Assembly: GCA_963726745.1 (NCBI GenBank)
Contig: CAVSDR010000002.1
Location: forward strand, 350,206-414,205
Source of the DNA: an uncultured Verrucomicrobiae bacterium
GTDB lineage: Bacteria; Verrucomicrobiota; Verrucomicrobiia; Chthoniobacterales; UBA10450
Direction of reading: 5' to 3'
DNA: 64,000 bases
A model generated the notes under the pieces. That model saw only the letters and a program-made list of their open reading frames with translations. It had not been told where the DNA came from and made no database searches. The position numbers were made by a program, and so were the translations under genes. Shown one piece after another: positions 31,398 to 40,568 of this stretch; position 1 is the stretch's first letter, and every line of letters starts with the position of its first letter.

Positions 31398-32267
31398 ATG
31401 CGCGTCGGGATCACGGGGGCGAGCGGCTTCATCGCCGGCCATCTCATTCCGCAGCTCCGGGCGCACGGTCACGAGTGCGTCGCCTTTAGCCGCGACGCGA
31501 CGAAACAAATCGCCGGCTGTTCGGAAACGCGCGCCCTCGGCGATGGGCCGCCCGATCTCCGCGGGCTCGAGGCGCTGGTTAACTTAGCCGGCGAATCGAT
31601 CCAAGGACGTTGGACCGCGGAGAAGAAACGGCGCATCATCGCCAGCCGGGTACACCTGACCGAGGCGCTCGTGGGCGCGCTCCCCGGAAGCGAAGTGCGC
31701 GTGCTCGTGAGCGCGAGCGCGACTGGGTTCTACGGCGATCGCGGCGACGAAATCCTCACCGAGACCTCCGGCCAGGGCGAAGGCTTCCTCACCGAGGTCT
31801 CGCTCGCTTGGGAGGCGGCGGCGCTCGCGGCGCAGCAGCACGGCGTGCGCGTGGCCTTGCCACGCATCGGCTTTGTCCTCGCGCGCGATGGGGGGGCGCT
31901 GGATAAACTCCGCCCGCTCTTCCGCCTCGGATTAGGCGGCAAGCTCGGGAGCGGGAAGCAATGGATGCCCTGGGTTCACGTGGAGGACGTCGCCGGCCTC
32001 ATGGTGCACCTCCTGGAGCACGAGGATTTAGCCGGCGCTTTCAACGCGGTCGCGCCGCAGCCGGTGCCTAACGAGGAGTTCACCCGCGCGCTCGCCGCGT
32101 CCGTTCAGCGGCCGGCTCTTTTCCCGGTCCCCGCGTTCGCCCTCCGCCTGGCCCTCGGCGAACTCGCAGTCCTCGCGCTCGCTTCCACCCGCGCGATTCC
32201 CCGGCGCACGGAAGCGGCTGGCTATTCCTTTACTTACCCAGACCTAACGAGTGCTCTCCGGGCCTGA
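31398..32267 (+). CDS. TIGR01777 family NAD-dependent epimerase/oxidoreductase
   Basis: GASGFI, NLAGE.I..RWT..KK, SASA.GFYG, GG.LGSG.QWMPW.H. Confidence 0.92.
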   Translation: MRVGITGASGFIAGHLIPQLRAHGHECVAFSRDATKQIAGCSETRALGDGPPDLRGLEALVNLAGESIQGRWTAEKKRRIIASRVHLTEALVGALPGSEVRVLVSASATGFYGDRGDEILTETSGQGEGFLTEVSLAWEAAALAAQQHGVRVALPRIGFVLARDGGALDKLRPLFRLGLGGKLGSGKQWMPWVHVEDVAGLMVHLLEHEDLAGAFNAVAPQPVPNEEFTRALAASVQRPALFPVPAFALRLALGELAVLALASTRAIPRRTEAAGYSFTYPDLTSALRA

Positions 32268-32756
32268 CGCCTCTGGCGTTTCCGGTTGCGCCCGCAGCTT
32301 TTCGCCGGCGCGCGCGATCAAGTCCCTCCGGCCCGCTCCTTCCACGTGCACCCGGGCGAAGGCCCGGTCCATCGCCGTCTTCACCGCCGCGGCCGTGCCG
32401 CCCTTCTCGCATTCCCGCACGATCACCCGTTCCATCCGCGCGACCAGCGAGTCGACCGTATAACCCGGGTCTGCCGGCAGTTCCCCGCCGGCCTGCTTCC
32501 GCTCGATCGCGCTGTAGACATCGATCATCCGTTCGCTTTCCGCGCCCCAGCGCAGCACCTGGTAGAAGAACGTCCCGCGGCCTTGCTCGCCCCGGTAGAA
32601 CAAATCCACCAGCGCCGCCGCCAGCGACACCGGCATCAGCGCAAAGTCGCGCGCATTATCCAGCAACATCTTCACCTGGAAAACGACCACGTCGCGCAGG
32701 AAAGCCCAATGATCGTTCTCGGGAGGTCGCGGCACCGGCGGGAGCGTGGGAGTCAT
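32244..32756 (-). CDS. Hypothetical protein
   Basis: 170-aa ATG ORF, RDV.VFQ.K..LD..RD..L.PVS segment. Confidence 0.65.
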   Translation of the reverse strand: MTPTLPPVPRPPENDHWAFLRDVVVFQVKMLLDNARDFALMPVSLAAALVDLFYRGEQGRGTFFYQVLRWGAESERMIDVYSAIERKQAGGELPADPGYTVDSLVARMERVIVRECEKGGTAAAVKTAMDRAFARVHVEGAGRRDLIARAGEKLRAQPETPEASGPESTR

Positions 32757-32795
32757 GCTCCATCCCTAGCGCGAACCCCGCACGCCGCAAAGCCC

Positions 32796-34001
32796 CTAGG
32801 TAGCGTGTCGCCGGCAATGTTCCAGATAAGCGCCTTCGTGACTAACGACCAGTTGCACCACGCTCGACCACAGCCACGAGGGCGCGTCCAGCGTCTTTGT
32901 GCGGTTGTTCCGCAGCTCGCGGCTCCAGGCCTTCCGCGTCGTCTCGTCCATCTGCCGCGCGTGCGCTTTCCCGGCCACGCTCGCGAGATACTTCGCCACC
33001 CGCGTGGCCTCGTCCGGCGTTAGTTTTTCGATCTCAAATTTCAGGTCCTGCGGCAGGAGCTCCCGCAGGAAAACCGCCCGCTCCTGCAGCCGCGCCGCCA
33101 GCATGCGCTCGCCCAGGGCCGGCGATAAATGCCACGCGCCCGTGACCACCCGCTCGCCATTATCCTTCGGGATCTTCGCCTTCGGATAACGCGGTGCCAC
33201 CGCCGTCGCCCCCTCCTTCACGTCGATCAAACACATCTCTCCGTCCTCGCCGCCGATCCCCACCAGCACCGCGCACCGCAGCCGGCCGAGCGAGCTGCAC
33301 CCTTTCACCCAGAAGGCCGCGTCCAGCACTTCCACCGAGGCATCGTCATCGCGCGAACGGAGCGAGGTGATCAAGCGCCGCACCTTCTCGTCCGCGAAGA
33401 GTTGATCGATTTCCTTGCGCTCCCCCTTGGCCAGCGGCCAAAAACGTTTCCCCAGCGGGATCCGTGGCGACTCATCCTCGATCCGTTCCCGCGCCAGGTG
33501 CCGCCACTTCCGCCGAAGCGCATCCCGCAGAGCCGACTTCACCGCGGCCGGCTTGGCCAGCTTTTCCGCACCGTTCTTGCCCGGCTCGAGAAATGCCTGC
33601 TCGTACCCCACGATCATCTCCTCCAGCATCCGCGCCGTGGTCACTCCCGGCAGATCGCTCCCGCGGGCGGCGCTCGCCAGCGAAAGCCCCAGCCGCACCA
33701 AGTCGTGCGCCGGATTTCCGATCACCGTCTGGTCGAGGTCGCGAATCTGGATCTCGATCCGCCCCTTTGCATTCGCGATCGGCCCCAGATTTCCCGCATG
33801 GCAATCCCCGCAAATCCAAACCGCCGGCCCTTTTGGGATCGCGCGCCCCGCAGCCGAGTCCAGCCACTCATAGAACTGCTCCGTATTCCCGCGCACATAA
33901 GCATGCGCCGATCGCGTCATCTTCAGGTTCCGCAGCGCCGTCAACGCTCCCGCCCGATCCTTCACCGCAATCGCCTTATCTTTCTTCCCCACCACGTGCA
34001 C
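32796..34001 (-). CDS. DUF2252 family protein (kinase-like fold)
   Basis: M..S...Y.RG, ICGDCH.GN.G, DLDQ, KGCSSLG..R. Confidence 0.88.
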   Translation of the reverse strand: MHVVGKKDKAIAVKDRAGALTALRNLKMTRSAHAYVRGNTEQFYEWLDSAAGRAIPKGPAVWICGDCHAGNLGPIANAKGRIEIQIRDLDQTVIGNPAHDLVRLGLSLASAARGSDLPGVTTARMLEEMIVGYEQAFLEPGKNGAEKLAKPAAVKSALRDALRRKWRHLARERIEDESPRIPLGKRFWPLAKGERKEIDQLFADEKVRRLITSLRSRDDDASVEVLDAAFWVKGCSSLGRLRCAVLVGIGGEDGEMCLIDVKEGATAVAPRYPKAKIPKDNGERVVTGAWHLSPALGERMLAARLQERAVFLRELLPQDLKFEIEKLTPDEATRVAKYLASVAGKAHARQMDETTRKAWSRELRNNRTKTLDAPSWLWSSVVQLVVSHEGAYLEHCRRHAT

Positions 34002-34149
34002 TCAAATCGAACACCACCCCACGCCCGGCCTTGGCAGGCGTTAAACCAGCGCCCCGTCCCGATCTTCAAGCCCGCAAGCCACCGAGGGACACGGATCGAT
34101 TGAAGTCACAAGACCACGCCCGCGCGTGCCCCATCGCGGCGCGGCAAAT

Positions 34150-34700
34150 TAACTCGTCTAGCGGTCCAGCCTTGCCGCCAACGTGAAGGGCGACGCCTAC
34201 GAGGGGTTGCTGCAAAAAAACGCCGGGGGCGTGAAAGGCGGCGGGCCGATACTTCAGCCCGCGCCTGCTCATCGCAGCGATGGCCGCGGTCGCCCCGCAA
34301 CTGTCCGAGGCCGGACACGCGGTGACGATCTGCGATCCGGCCTGCGGCTCGGGCGGGGTTCCTGCTCGCGGCGCATGATTACATCGCCAAGCATTATCAG
34401 CTCGACCGGGCGCAAAAGAAGCAGCTCAAGAACGGCACGCTCTTCGGGATCGGACTGGTCGACAGCGTCACCCGCCTCTGCGCGATGAATCTCCTACTTC
34501 ATGGCATCGGCGGCGAACTCGAAGAGAACCTGCCGGTCGTGACCAAGGACGCGCTCGCCACCAAGCACGGCGAATACAACATCGTCCTCGCCAATCCGCC
34601 CTTCGGCAAGAAGAGCAGCGTAACCATCCTCAACGAAGCGGGTGAGACCTCAAAGGAATCGCCAATCATCAACCGCGACGATCAGTGGTTCCGCTCGCAG
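34150..34700 (+). pseudogene. hsdM: Internal fragment of a type I restriction-modification N6-adenine methyltransferase (HsdM)
   Basis: VKGDAYEGLLQKNA, disrupted GQYFTPR, DPACGSGGFL, RLCAMNLLLHGI, NPPFGKKS across several frames; both ends missing. Confidence 0.82.
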
Positions 34701-35126
34701 ACCGCGATCAATCCCCAGGAAGCGCGCCGGTGACGACTGGCGCGTTTTCGTTTTCCCGACGGATGGGACTGGCGCTGCCCGTCCCAAAATTTCGGGAAGA
34801 TGCCTCGGCAGCCGTTGTTGCCGTTGCTCAGGTTATCAATAATGGCGGTCTGCGCGCGCCGTGCGGGGGAAGACTCAGCACCGCAGGATGCTTAGAACCG
34901 CGAAGAGAGTCGCAAGTCTCAACTTCATATCGGGGGGAAGGCTGATGGGTTACCGGCGCCGAACTTCTTGTGATCCCCAGAAGCATTATGCGGAAAGATT
35001 AACCTACCGCCTTGCGGACCACGCGCCGCGACCGATCGCAACACCACATTCGGCACGAACTCCGCGCGAGACGCGCCCATAAAGCTTCGCTTTCACGGCG
35101 CGTCCGTGATATCGCATTCGTTCCGA

Positions 35127-37724
35127 TGAGAACTTCCTATCAACCCCGCAACCTAGCGCTCTACTTTGCTCTAGCCACCGCTCTTGGGACGGCCGATCTG
35201 CTCGCCCAAGGCACTCTCATCCCGCTGACTACTCGGCGTGACATGGTCTTCGACCACACAGGCACTTATCTCTATGTCAGCACAAGTGATGGATTTGTTA
35301 AGCGCTACAATATTGCCGCGGCGCAGGTTGATAGCTCGTAGGACTTAGGCGGATCGGTAAATGGCATCGACATCGCCGCGGACGATTCCTTTCTCCTTGC
35401 AGCGCAAAACGTGAGCAATGGATCATCGGGCGTACTCACCCGCATCAAGTTGGCCGACGGCACGATGACGAATATCAGCTACACGCTGATCTCAGGTGAA
35501 ACCGGTGCATGGGATGCGGCAATCGCCTCGAATGGCACCGCTCTCGCAACAGGACGCGCTTAGAACGGCCCACTTGCTTACATACCTCTTCGCCAGATCG
35601 ATCTCTCGATCAACGCAGTTATAAACCGGACTGATGCGCCGACATTCGCTTCCGGTGGTCGACTACTTCCCGGGGCGATGGTGGACCGAAGCGCTGACCG
35701 AACAAAATTGTATGTGCGTGAACCGGGCGGTCCGAGCAGCCGTGTGTTTTCCTACAACGCCGCGACAAACAGCTTTGGACCTGCGGTCGAGCCGCAAGGT
35801 TTCGTAAACCGCGCGATCTCCGCTGTGAACCGCAGCGGTTCTCTCGTTGCGACAGGAGCAACTACTATCAACACAGTGGCGTTCGATACGCTGCCAGCCT
35901 TCAATTATCTAAGAAGCTTGAGTGGTCTCGACAGCGGCGTTGCTTTTGATGCGACAGCCGACCGGTTCTACGGCGCCTCGAGCGATACCTCGCAACCTCA
36001 TCCGCCGAATAGTCAGATTATCGCTTACGACACGAACAGCTTCAGCGAACTCTATCGACTTAGTATCGGCGAGAACATCGATCCGGGAGTAACCGCCTTT
36101 GGCCCCGGGACTCTGGTGGCGAGCCAAAACGGGCGCTTCCTTGCCCTGGCGACCGCTAGCGGGATCCGGTTGTTCACCTTGCCGGTGGGACCCTACTCAC
36201 CACCGCCTACGCCGGTTTTCGGCACCCCGCGCGACATGGTTTTCGACCATGCTGGCCAGCATCTTTATATCACAACCGCGGAAGGCTTCGTCTGGCCCTA
36301 TAAGTTGAGCAGCGGCACGTTCGAGGCCCCCTATGACCTCGGAGGCCAGTTGTCGGGGGCCGATATCGCATTTGACGATTCTTATCTCATCGTGGCGCAG
36401 TCTTTCTATGGCATTGCACAAGGCGCCTTCCAAAAACTCATCCTTGCCACTGGCGCAGTCACAAACTCCAACTTCACCCGGGCTTACGGCGAGACCAGCG
36501 CCTGGGATGTAGCAATTGGCTCGAATGGTCTCGCGTTGACCACCACAACCTACGACGGCAACGGCAGCACCCTGCTGCGACAAATCGATCTTGCTACCGG
36601 CGCGATGTCGGCGCGGACGGATGCGCCTGGCGCGGGTAATCTGACCTCAGGGACCAACGCCGGACCGCAGATTCATCGCAGTGCGGACGGGGCGCTCATT
36701 TATATCATGCGCGCGGATGACACGCGCTTTGATCTACAACGCTAGCACAAATAGTTTCGGACCGAGTAACCGCGTTACTAATGCATACTTGCAGAACGCT
36801 AGTGGCGCGGTAAACCGGAACGGCAGCCTTCTCGCCACGCGGGTGAGCGCAACCTCCCTCGAGACATCGAATTTCGGGCCGATCCAGAGCCTCAGTTCTT
36901 TGGTAGGCGGAGTCGCCTTTGATGCTACAAAAGATATCGTCTACGGCGTCAGCTCTTATCTAAGTCAGATTATCGCCTATGACACGAATACATTAGCCGA
37001 ACGCTTCCGCTTCGACATCGGAGAAACCGTCAACCCGTATGCCACCCAGTTCGGCTCTGGATTGCTCGTCGCCAGCCAGGACGGTCACTACCTTGCGCTG
37101 CGCACCGACAACTCCGTCCATGTCTACGAACTTCCTGCCGCGCGACTCCTCGGAGTAGCTTCAGAGATGAACCATGGCGGAGCTACGCTAGGCGTGACAC
37201 TCCCGCTGGATGGGCCGCGCGCCATCGAATCCCGCAGCGGGGGCGTCGATGGGACTTACACGATGGTTTTTACATTTGAGCGAAATCTCTCGAGCGTGGG
37301 AGGAGCGTCAGTCACGGGCGGCAGCGCCACCGTTGCGGGCAGCATGATCGACTCGGGTGATTCGCGCCGTTACCTCGTTACTTTGAAAGACGTCGCCAGC
37401 GGGCAGACGATCAAGGTTACCTTGAGCAATGTCACCGATGTGCTCGGCTATCACACCGCTCTTATCTCCCAGCAGATGGGTGTGTTAATCGGGGACGCGA
37501 ATAGTGACGGCACCGTAAACTCGGGCGATGCGACAATTGTCCGAAATAGCTCCGGTCAACTTGCCAATGCGACCAGCTTTCGCTCGGACGTTAATCTCGA
37601 CGGCGTCATTAACAGTGGCGACGCCACCATCGTGCGCGCTCGTTCCGGGCAGAGTCTCGGTTCTGTGGCGACTGCGGCCCCCGGAATTCCGCTACGGACG
37701 GAAGCCAACCGCGGACGCAATTGA
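35127..37724 (+). pseudogene. Secreted protein with duplicated beta-propeller-like unit and C-terminal dockerin-like domain; two in-frame TAG and one frameshift
   Basis: Signal peptide; two units starting RDMVFDH; TAG at 35339 and 35561; frameshift near 36720; GDANSDGTVNSGD..DVNLDGVINSGD. Confidence 0.75.
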
Positions 37725-37789
37725 AAGACGCTACGACGGAACAGCGGCTTCCGATTGTTGTGGCCGATTGCGCGCGTCGGCTTGACTAA

Positions 37790-37859
37790 ATTTCGCGCGC
37801 GTCTTCAGCAAACGCTCCAGTCGGTAACTGGTTTCGGTAGTATCGAGAAACTTGGCCAT
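37790..37859 (-). pseudogene. Possible N-terminal remnant of a phospholipase D-like protein
   Basis: MAKFLDTTETSYRLERLLK resembles from memory the N-terminus of that family; similarity ends after about 20 codons. Confidence 0.35.
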
Positions 37860-38037
37860 AATGGCTTCCATCCAAGCAGAGGCGATACCAGTCCGCCGGT
37901 CGCGCGCATACTTCCGGGGGGCCTTCCGCAGGTTGAGCAGTCTTGAGAGATAGTGAGTGGGCTTCAGTAATGAAGACTGGAGCTTCAAGGTGTCACGATT
38001 TGCCGGTCAAATCCGCGCGCTGCCGTGGCCTGAGGCA

Positions 38038-38108
38038 TCTCGGCATGTCCCGAAGCCGTCTCGGCATATCCCGAACCCCTCTCGGCGAGTCCCAAATCCT
38101 CTCGAGAT
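38038..38108. repeat. Imperfect 20-21 bp tandem repeat, three units plus a partial unit
   Basis: TCTCGGCATGTCCCGAAGCCG / TCTCGGCATATCCCGAACCCC / TCTCGGCGAGTCCCAAATCC / TCTCGAGAT. Confidence 0.75.
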
Positions 38109-38250
38109 TGGCGCTGGTGACGCGGGGACCCGAAAGGGGCCAGCCCAGTGGGGCAGGGAACCGCGGCAGCCGAAAGTGGTCTGGCGGGTGGGGATCAATC
38201 GGCGTCCGGGAAGCAGGGTCGGCACCGCAAGCTGCGGTCTGCGCGCTTAG

Positions 38251-39126
38251 CTAGGGTTCGCGCACCCGAAGGCGACAGTGATTGAGCTCGCCGCTGATCT
38301 CCCAGACATAGTAAAGCGAGGCGCCGTCGCGCCGATAAATGAGAGTCTCATCGGTGCGGCTTCCGGTGATTCCTTTCTCCTTCGTTAGGCGCACTGGACG
38401 AGCGTAGTCAATCCAGACATCAATGGTGGAGATGTCTACATCGTGGACTTTCAGCCGGACGGTCGCGTTCCCTACAGTGACCTGGGTAAATTGGTCCAGC
38501 GGGACGATGTGATCGTGACCCGCGGCCTGCTGAGCGGAGGCGGTGGTTCGGAAATTCTCCGCACGAATCCGGGCAGCCAAAGCGGCCTGCTCTTGTTGTA
38601 ATTGCTCCCGCGCCACTCTTTCTCTCTCTAGTCGAGCCCGTTCGGAGGCTTGATCGACCACGACGTGCTTCGAGGACACGGCTGCTGGAAGCGCCGGTGC
38701 GTGGTAGGTCACGTTTCTGGCAATGGATTGAACGGGCGGGATCGCCGGAGGGGAGATCGGCCTCGCCGGGAGGGCGAGGCGCGGCTGTGCGAGGGCCGCG
38801 GTTCGCACGGGTGGACTACTTGAGACTTGGAGAAAAGAGCTGCGAACACTGCGAGTTCCGAACAGCGCTGCTAGCGCAAGGAGCCCGGCGGCAGCAAGAC
38901 CGCCCACCAGCCAAGCTTGGTGCCGCGAGGTGTCCTGCGGGCTGAAGGCCCATGGGGAATCCCGCTGCATCAAAGGAAACAACTCGTTGACCGTGCGCCA
39001 CTCTGCTTTGACTGCGAGTTTGCACGGGGTCTGCAGAGGGAGTTTCCCTGCTTGGTAAAGCTGGGTGATTTCCTCCCGCGTCAGCGGCGTTTGGAAACCT
39101 TCGCGATGGAGGTCATACAAAAGCAC
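38251..39126 (-). CDS. Hypothetical single-TM protein with Pro-rich linker and coiled coil
   Basis: 291-aa ORF, one hydrophobic segment, ERARLERERVAREQ. Confidence 0.65.
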   Translation of the reverse strand: MLLYDLHREGFQTPLTREEITQLYQAGKLPLQTPCKLAVKAEWRTVNELFPLMQRDSPWAFSPQDTSRHQAWLVGGLAAAGLLALAALFGTRSVRSSFLQVSSSPPVRTAALAQPRLALPARPISPPAIPPVQSIARNVTYHAPALPAAVSSKHVVVDQASERARLERERVAREQLQQEQAALAARIRAENFRTTASAQQAAGHDHIVPLDQFTQVTVGNATVRLKVHDVDISTIDVWIDYARPVRLTKEKGITGSRTDETLIYRRDGASLYYVWEISGELNHCRLRVREP

Positions 39127-39137
39127 GCTGATGAAAG

Positions 39138-39153
39138 AGCAGACGCGATGCCC
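39138..39153 (-). promoter_or_regulatory. Putative sigma-54 promoter
   Basis: GGGCATCGCGTCTGCT, GG-N10-GC; core differs by one base from the element at 8462-8478. Confidence 0.5.
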
Positions 39154-39296
39154 GCGGCAGACCTTGGCCGAGAAGGCGCGCTGGAGATGTTTCAGCGCGG
39201 TAAATTTCCGGCTCGAATAAAAAGCGCGCTCGGGGATGACCGGCGCGCTTCTATCGGCAGCACAAGCTAGTGCCCCTCATGCGGGGGCGCACAAAC

Positions 39297-39614
39297 TCAC
39301 GGCCCTAGTCTTTGTCGTGATGTTTTTTGTGGCGCTTGCCGTGGTGCTCTTCCTTGATACTTAAATTTTTCGCCTTTGTACTTCGCGTTGTAGCTGCCCT
39401 TCCTCTGGTAGTGGCCGCGCTGCCATTGGTGGTCGCGCTCGTAGCCAGGCACCCAGACGTATTGGTAACCGGAATCGTAGTAGCTCGGCCCGTGGTAATA
39501 CGGACGGTCGCCCACATTAATGGAAATGCCGATTTCGGCCTGGCTTGTCGGAACCGGCAGGCCGAGGGCGAGCAAGGCGGAGGCGCCGAGCGCGTAAAGA
39601 GATTTGGATAGCAT
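39297..39614 (-). CDS. Small secreted Tyr/His-rich protein, possible frameshift near 39355
   Basis: Signal peptide, RPYYHGP.YY, YVWVPG..W..GHY; alternative frame ends HHGKRHKKHHDKD* at 39305. Confidence 0.7.
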   Translation of the reverse strand: MLSKSLYALGASALLALGLPVPTSQAEIGISINVGDRPYYHGPSYYDSGYQYVWVPGYERDHQWQRGHYQRKGSYNAKYKGEKFKYQGRAPRQAPQKTSRQRLGP

Positions 39615-39765
39615 GACACCATTGGTTCGGTCGCAACCTCCTCGCTGGCCGTGCTTCAGCCGCACTCTCTGAGCTTGCCGCGACCCGCTTGCGCCTCGCG
39701 CTCGACAGGGACCGGGCGCGCGGGAAAGTAGCCGCATCGAAAGCGCTGCCTATTTCCGAATCAAA

Positions 39766-40437
39766 ATGGTCGCCAGCTTTGCCGAGCTGGTGGCGACGCC
39801 GTTTGCGGCGGGCGTGAATGCGGTCTGCTGGCCGCGAGTTTTAGACGGCAACTTCGGGGAAGTGGTGCGACTCCTGGGAGCCGGAGAAGAGGTCGAGATT
39901 CTGACGGAGGAACGGCTGCGCGCCCTGCCCTTGAGCGCGTCGGGGACGAAGGCGGTGGCGGCCATGATGGCCGATCTCGAGCGGCTGCGGGGGATCGAGC
40001 GCGATCCGCTGCTGAACTGTGTGCGCCAATACCCGCGCGACGAGGAGCCCGGCCCGGTGCGGACGGATGTCTTCTCTTTCCACGCGGATGGCGCACCGGT
40101 GGAGGCGGACACGTTTCTCTGCACTTACTTTGGCCCGGCGAGCGAAGGACTGCCTAACGAGGAGGCCGTGCGACGGGTGGACCTGCCGGAAGTGCGCGGG
40201 GAGTTAAGGCGCTACCTGGGAGCAGAGGTGGAGGACGAAGATTACCGCGAACTGCTGCGGGAACATGGTTACGACCTGCATTACGCGCCGCTCGCAGGGG
40301 CGGTGCCTTATTCCTTTGGGCTCTACCATCTCTGGCGCATCGCGATCGACTGGCCCGGGAGCTCCGTGCCGCCCTGCATCCACCGCGCACCGGAGACGGC
40401 CACGGGCGATCCACCGCGGCTGTTACTGATTAGTTGA
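39766..40437 (+). CDS. Hypothetical protein, DUF1826-like
   Basis: FH.D, CTY.GP..E.L, HR.P....RLLL. Confidence 0.65.
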   Translation: MVASFAELVATPFAAGVNAVCWPRVLDGNFGEVVRLLGAGEEVEILTEERLRALPLSASGTKAVAAMMADLERLRGIERDPLLNCVRQYPRDEEPGPVRTDVFSFHADGAPVEADTFLCTYFGPASEGLPNEEAVRRVDLPEVRGELRRYLGAEVEDEDYRELLREHGYDLHYAPLAGAVPYSFGLYHLWRIAIDWPGSSVPPCIHRAPETATGDPPRLLLIS

Positions 40438-40443
40438 TGCGGA

Positions 40444-40563
40444 GAAGAAGGAATGAATTTGGAAACAGGAAGCCAGAATAAAGGCAGCAACTTCCCTTTC
40501 TGGTTTGGTGGTTTCCAAAATATTCCTTCCTTCCTGGTTCCCTAGGCTTCTGAATTCCTCTTC
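40444..40563. repeat. Imperfect purine/pyrimidine inverted-repeat element between convergent genes
   Basis: GGAAACAGGAAGCCAGAA opposed to TTCTGGTT..GTTTCCAAA and TTCCTTCCTGGTTCC. Confidence 0.45.
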
Positions 40564-40568
40564 CCCAA

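Noticed and set aside
34150..34733. Functional type I restriction-modification system responsible for the iterated motif
   Set aside because: Only a broken internal hsdM fragment, no hsdS/hsdR; type I sites are bipartite, unlike this contiguous motif.
38038..38108. CRISPR array
   Set aside because: Units are contiguous, diverged and lack spacers; no cas genes in the window.
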